Shown here piece by piece: positions 60,509 to 64,000 of a DNA stretch of 64,000 bases (position 1 is the stretch's first letter; every line of letters begins with the position of its first letter). The position numbers and the translations under genes were made by a program. The notes beneath the pieces were generated by a model, which saw nothing but the letters and a program-made list of their open reading frames with translations, did not search any database and had not been told where the DNA came from. The stretch lies in contig OX597834.1 of assembly GCA_951406725.2 (NCBI GenBank), forward strand, positions 27,838,001-27,902,000, given 5' to 3'. This DNA is from Octopus vulgaris. Taxonomy: Eukaryota.

Positions 60509-61329
60509 GATTATTATGAGTGTTATTATTTGTGAGTGAAATTCTTGTAGCCATGAATTGAAACCGTGACATAGCTTTCACTTTACATCTTTCACAGTCT
60601 TTGATGACAGAGAGAGAGAGAGAGAGAGAGGAGACAAACAGAAACGGGTGGGAGGTATTGAAACCCGTCGTTTATTGTATGGATCAGTACATCATTGAGA
60701 AAGGAGAAACAGTAAAATCACGTGATCACCAGTTACCGAAATCTGAATTTTCAAGGAAGAAACCCTGCAGTGCAAATTTAAGGGTTATTGCTCGTTTTTA
60801 TTTTTTTTTAATTGGGTTAATTGATTGATTGTTCATTGAGTTAGAACTACCCGGGTATTTATAGAAAGGTATATTTATTTAAATATGACGTTGAACTGGC
60901 TTTGGAATTCCGATCGGCATTTTAGGGTTCGCATCTGTCTAACAGCGCCAGATTCTGTTCGCCCACACACTGACTTCCGCGTTGCAAAACTTTGCAAACC
61001 TGAGGGACAGCACCTACAAAAAACTAATATTATCCTTAACGATGTTCTTGTATACTGCTGTTCGCCATCTTTTTGTTGACGTCGATTTTAATCTTTGTTA
61101 TTGTTTTGTTATCTTATTTCAAATTTATCAATATCTATCCAAGATGAGAGGCCACAAAAAGAGAGAGAATTGGTCGTAGAATTTCATTGAAAACAAATTA
61201 CAGTGCTTACCTTTGTCACTGTCTGTTCTGAAATCTAAATCTCAAACAACCTGTAAGCACACATATACGTAAAAACACCACACGCGTGCACACACATGCA
61301 CACAAAATACACACACATACATATATATA

Positions 61330-61385
<56 letters not shown>

Positions 61386-61559
61386 GGCTATTGAGGCAGA
61401 ATGTGTCTACGGCTGTCCCTTTACTGCTAGACAATAAACCTGTTCACCTCCCTAATAGCATGCAATCATCCAGGTATGTATGTGTGTGTGTGTGTATGTG
61501 AGTGTACGTGTGCATGTGGATCTGTATGTGTTTGGGGGTTAAACCGATAATCCAAACAC

Positions 61560-61712
61560 TTTTGTTTCTCTCCGTTTTCTTTCCCCATTTCCTTCTGACG
61601 AAGAGCGTAGGCTCGAAACGTCGAAAACTTTTCCATCTTTCCCGAGCATCGAAAAAATACACATTGTTTGTTGTTCACTCACCTCACCTGTCTCTTACTT
61701 TTATTTTTTGTC
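61560..61712 (+). mobile_element. Diverged family H element; HHR at 61591-61626 with canonical CUGACGA
   Basis: CTGACGA-A-GAGC-GTAG-GCTC-GAAA-CG-TC; stem I is weak. Confidence 0.7.
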
Positions 61713-61717
61713 CATTT

Positions 61718-61804
61718 GCAAGTGTCTCCTACTATAGCCTCGGGCCGCCGCCCAAAGTCTTGTGAGTGGATTTGCTAGACGGAAACTGAAAGAAGCCCGT
61801 CGTA

Positions 61805-61864
<60 letters not shown>

Positions 61865-62258
61865 AGGGAAGAAATGGAGCTGAACGAAGATTCTACATAA
61901 TTCCTTTTATTATCTTCTACACATGTTTCTGTTGTGATTTTTGCTACCCAGGATCGGTTAAATTTTGAATAATCCATAACAAGATAATTCATTTATCCAT
62001 TTCAATAAATATATATATATATGTGTGTGTGTGTCTGTGTATGTTTGTATGTCTGTGTTTCTCCCCCACCCAACATCGCATGCCAAGCGATGCTGGTGTG
62101 TTTAGGTCCCCGTAACTTAGCGGTTCGGCAAAAGAGACCGATAGAATAAGTACTAGGCTTACAAAGAATAAGCCCTGGGTTCGATTCGCTCGGCTAAAGA
62201 CGGTGCTCCAGCATGGCCGCCGTCAAATGACTGAAGCAAGTAAAAGAGTAAAAGAATA
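61718..62258 (+). mobile_element. Headless SINE A with a ~150-bp insertion (61861-62010) in its (TA)n
   Basis: Body and tail flank an insert related to 8765-8815. Confidence 0.8.
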
Positions 62259-62311
62259 TATGTGTGTGTGTGCAGACACACCTACACAGATGTACCCTCG
62301 CACGCATACAC

Positions 62312-62348
<37 letters not shown>

Positions 62349-63449
62349 CACAGCTACTACAACATGGCGACATAACGCAGTTTGGTGTTTCAATGAGAAA
62401 TTTTATAAAATTACGCTACTTCTTACGATATTCCTCACACACCCTGTCAACTAATGCTAAATTGCAGAAAGGGGTACGGTAGATAGGGGTACGTCAGGCA
62501 GGGAAGAAAGAAAGGGAATGACAGGCAAAGAGTTTAATCAATCAAAGTGCATAATTTCCTCTTCGACTTTATTTTTCGGGTGTGATCGATATTTGATCGA
62601 GAACTTGATCCGTCTAGTGTACCCAGTGCCTTGAACATGAACCTACCCGACAGGAAATGATTCTATCGCACAAACAAAAAGCGAAAAATATAGAAAAATA
62701 TAGAAAATATAAGAAAAAGAAAAGAAAAATATAGAAAAATATAGAAAATATAAGAAAAAGAAAACAAAAATAAACTCATAATAATGTAAAAAAAAATGCA
62801 AAATGAAAAAATGACAAAAAGAAAAAGCGAAATATAAAAAGTAAAATTTAAAGTTAAATAAAAGCATAAAGGTTTTTTTTTTTTTTAGAAAAATAAATAA
62901 AACGGAAGGAAAAAGATTTTTAAATGCAGTAAAATAAAAAAAAAAGATAAAAACAATAAAAATAAATAGTTAAAAAGGAAGAAATAAATAATGAATACTA
63001 TAAAAAAGAAAAGAATAATAAGATTAAAAACAAGGGGGAACTAGATAAAATAAAATGAAAAACAAGAAAATATAAAATACAAACAAACATTTTTATATAT
63101 AACTATATAAAATAAAGCAATAAAAAAGAATATATGGTAAAAAAACAACAAAGCATAACAAAAATAATGTAGTCGGGTGTGTTTGTCCCACGTAGTTCGC
63201 TAATGATTTTGGTGTAAAAGACCCAGGATTCAAGCGATAAAATGATGTCAAAAATTGGGATTAAAACCCTATAAATATCATGACGACTTCATTTTTGTTA
63301 TCGATATTGTGGTCGATATTGTTGTTATTGTTATTGTTTTTGTTGTCTTTGTCATGTTATTGTTGGTATTGTGGGTGTCGATGCTGCTGCTATTGTTGTT
63401 GTTGCTGCTGCTGCTGCTGCTGCTGTTGATGTTGATGTTGCTGTTGAGC

Positions 63450-63811
63450 GAAGCGGTCTTCACCCCAGAATGGGAGAAGTCCGAAACGTGGTCCTTTGCT
63501 ATTCGTAAGACCCGCAGAAGAGAAAGCAGGTCAACCCCCGACACCGAGAGCATCGACGGATGGATGGATGAATGCGCATCCAGGCTCAGCGGTTGCGTAG
63601 GAAGTCGGGGACAAGAAACAGGAAGAAAGAGTGAGAGAAAGTTGGGGCGAAAGAGTACAACAGGGGTCGCCCCCCCCCCCCCTGCCCGGAGCCTCGTGGA
63701 GCTTTAGGTGTTTTCGCTCAATAAACACACACAACGCCCGGTCTGGGGACCGAAACCGCGATCCTCCGACCGAGAGTCCGCTGCCCTAACCAGTGGGCCA
63801 TTGCGCCTCCA
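63450..63811 (-). mobile_element. SINE related to family D with a different 3' region
   Basis: Head TGGAGGCGCAATGGCCCACTGGTTAGGGCAGCGGACTCTCGGTCGG...CAGACCGGGCG. Confidence 0.8.
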
Positions 63812-64000
63812 CTGCTGCTGCTGTTGGTGTTGGTGTTATTTGTGTTTGTGCTTCTTTGCCGTCAATGTAGTTATTATTGTTAATAGTGTTGTTAGTGTTG
63901 TGCCTGTTCTCGTTCTTGTCGATGTTATGGTTTGATGCTGTTGTGATTGTTTGTTGTTGTAGTAGTTGTTATTGGTCTAGTTGCTATCGTGTTCTTTTGC

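Overview
This is a eukaryotic, very AT-rich, microsatellite-saturated window with no recognisable intact host gene. Nearly all long ORFs in the track are frames of simple or tandem repeats. The SINE families and (TA)n/(CA)n/(GATA)n density suggest a coleoid cephalopod (Octopus-like) intron or intergenic region; this is inferred from recalled repeat families, not verified. The window holds about 25 tRNA-derived SINE copies in at least four families, a non-autonomous Helitron, a hAT-like MITE, LINE fragments (Tx1/L1-like, RTE, R4/Dong-like) and decayed Penelope-like elements (PLEs) resembling three clades. There are two standout signals. First, about 12 minimal type-I hammerhead ribozyme (HHR) motifs, each with a self-complementary stem III. 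They include core variants (A3-U8 covariation, recurrent U6), and one inverted copy starts at the predicted cleavage site. Second, two independent SINE insertions have one head followed by 3-4 exact ~184-bp body repeats with complementary ends, consistent with rolling-circle copying of a circular SINE RNA. All structures were read by eye; nothing was folded or database-searched.
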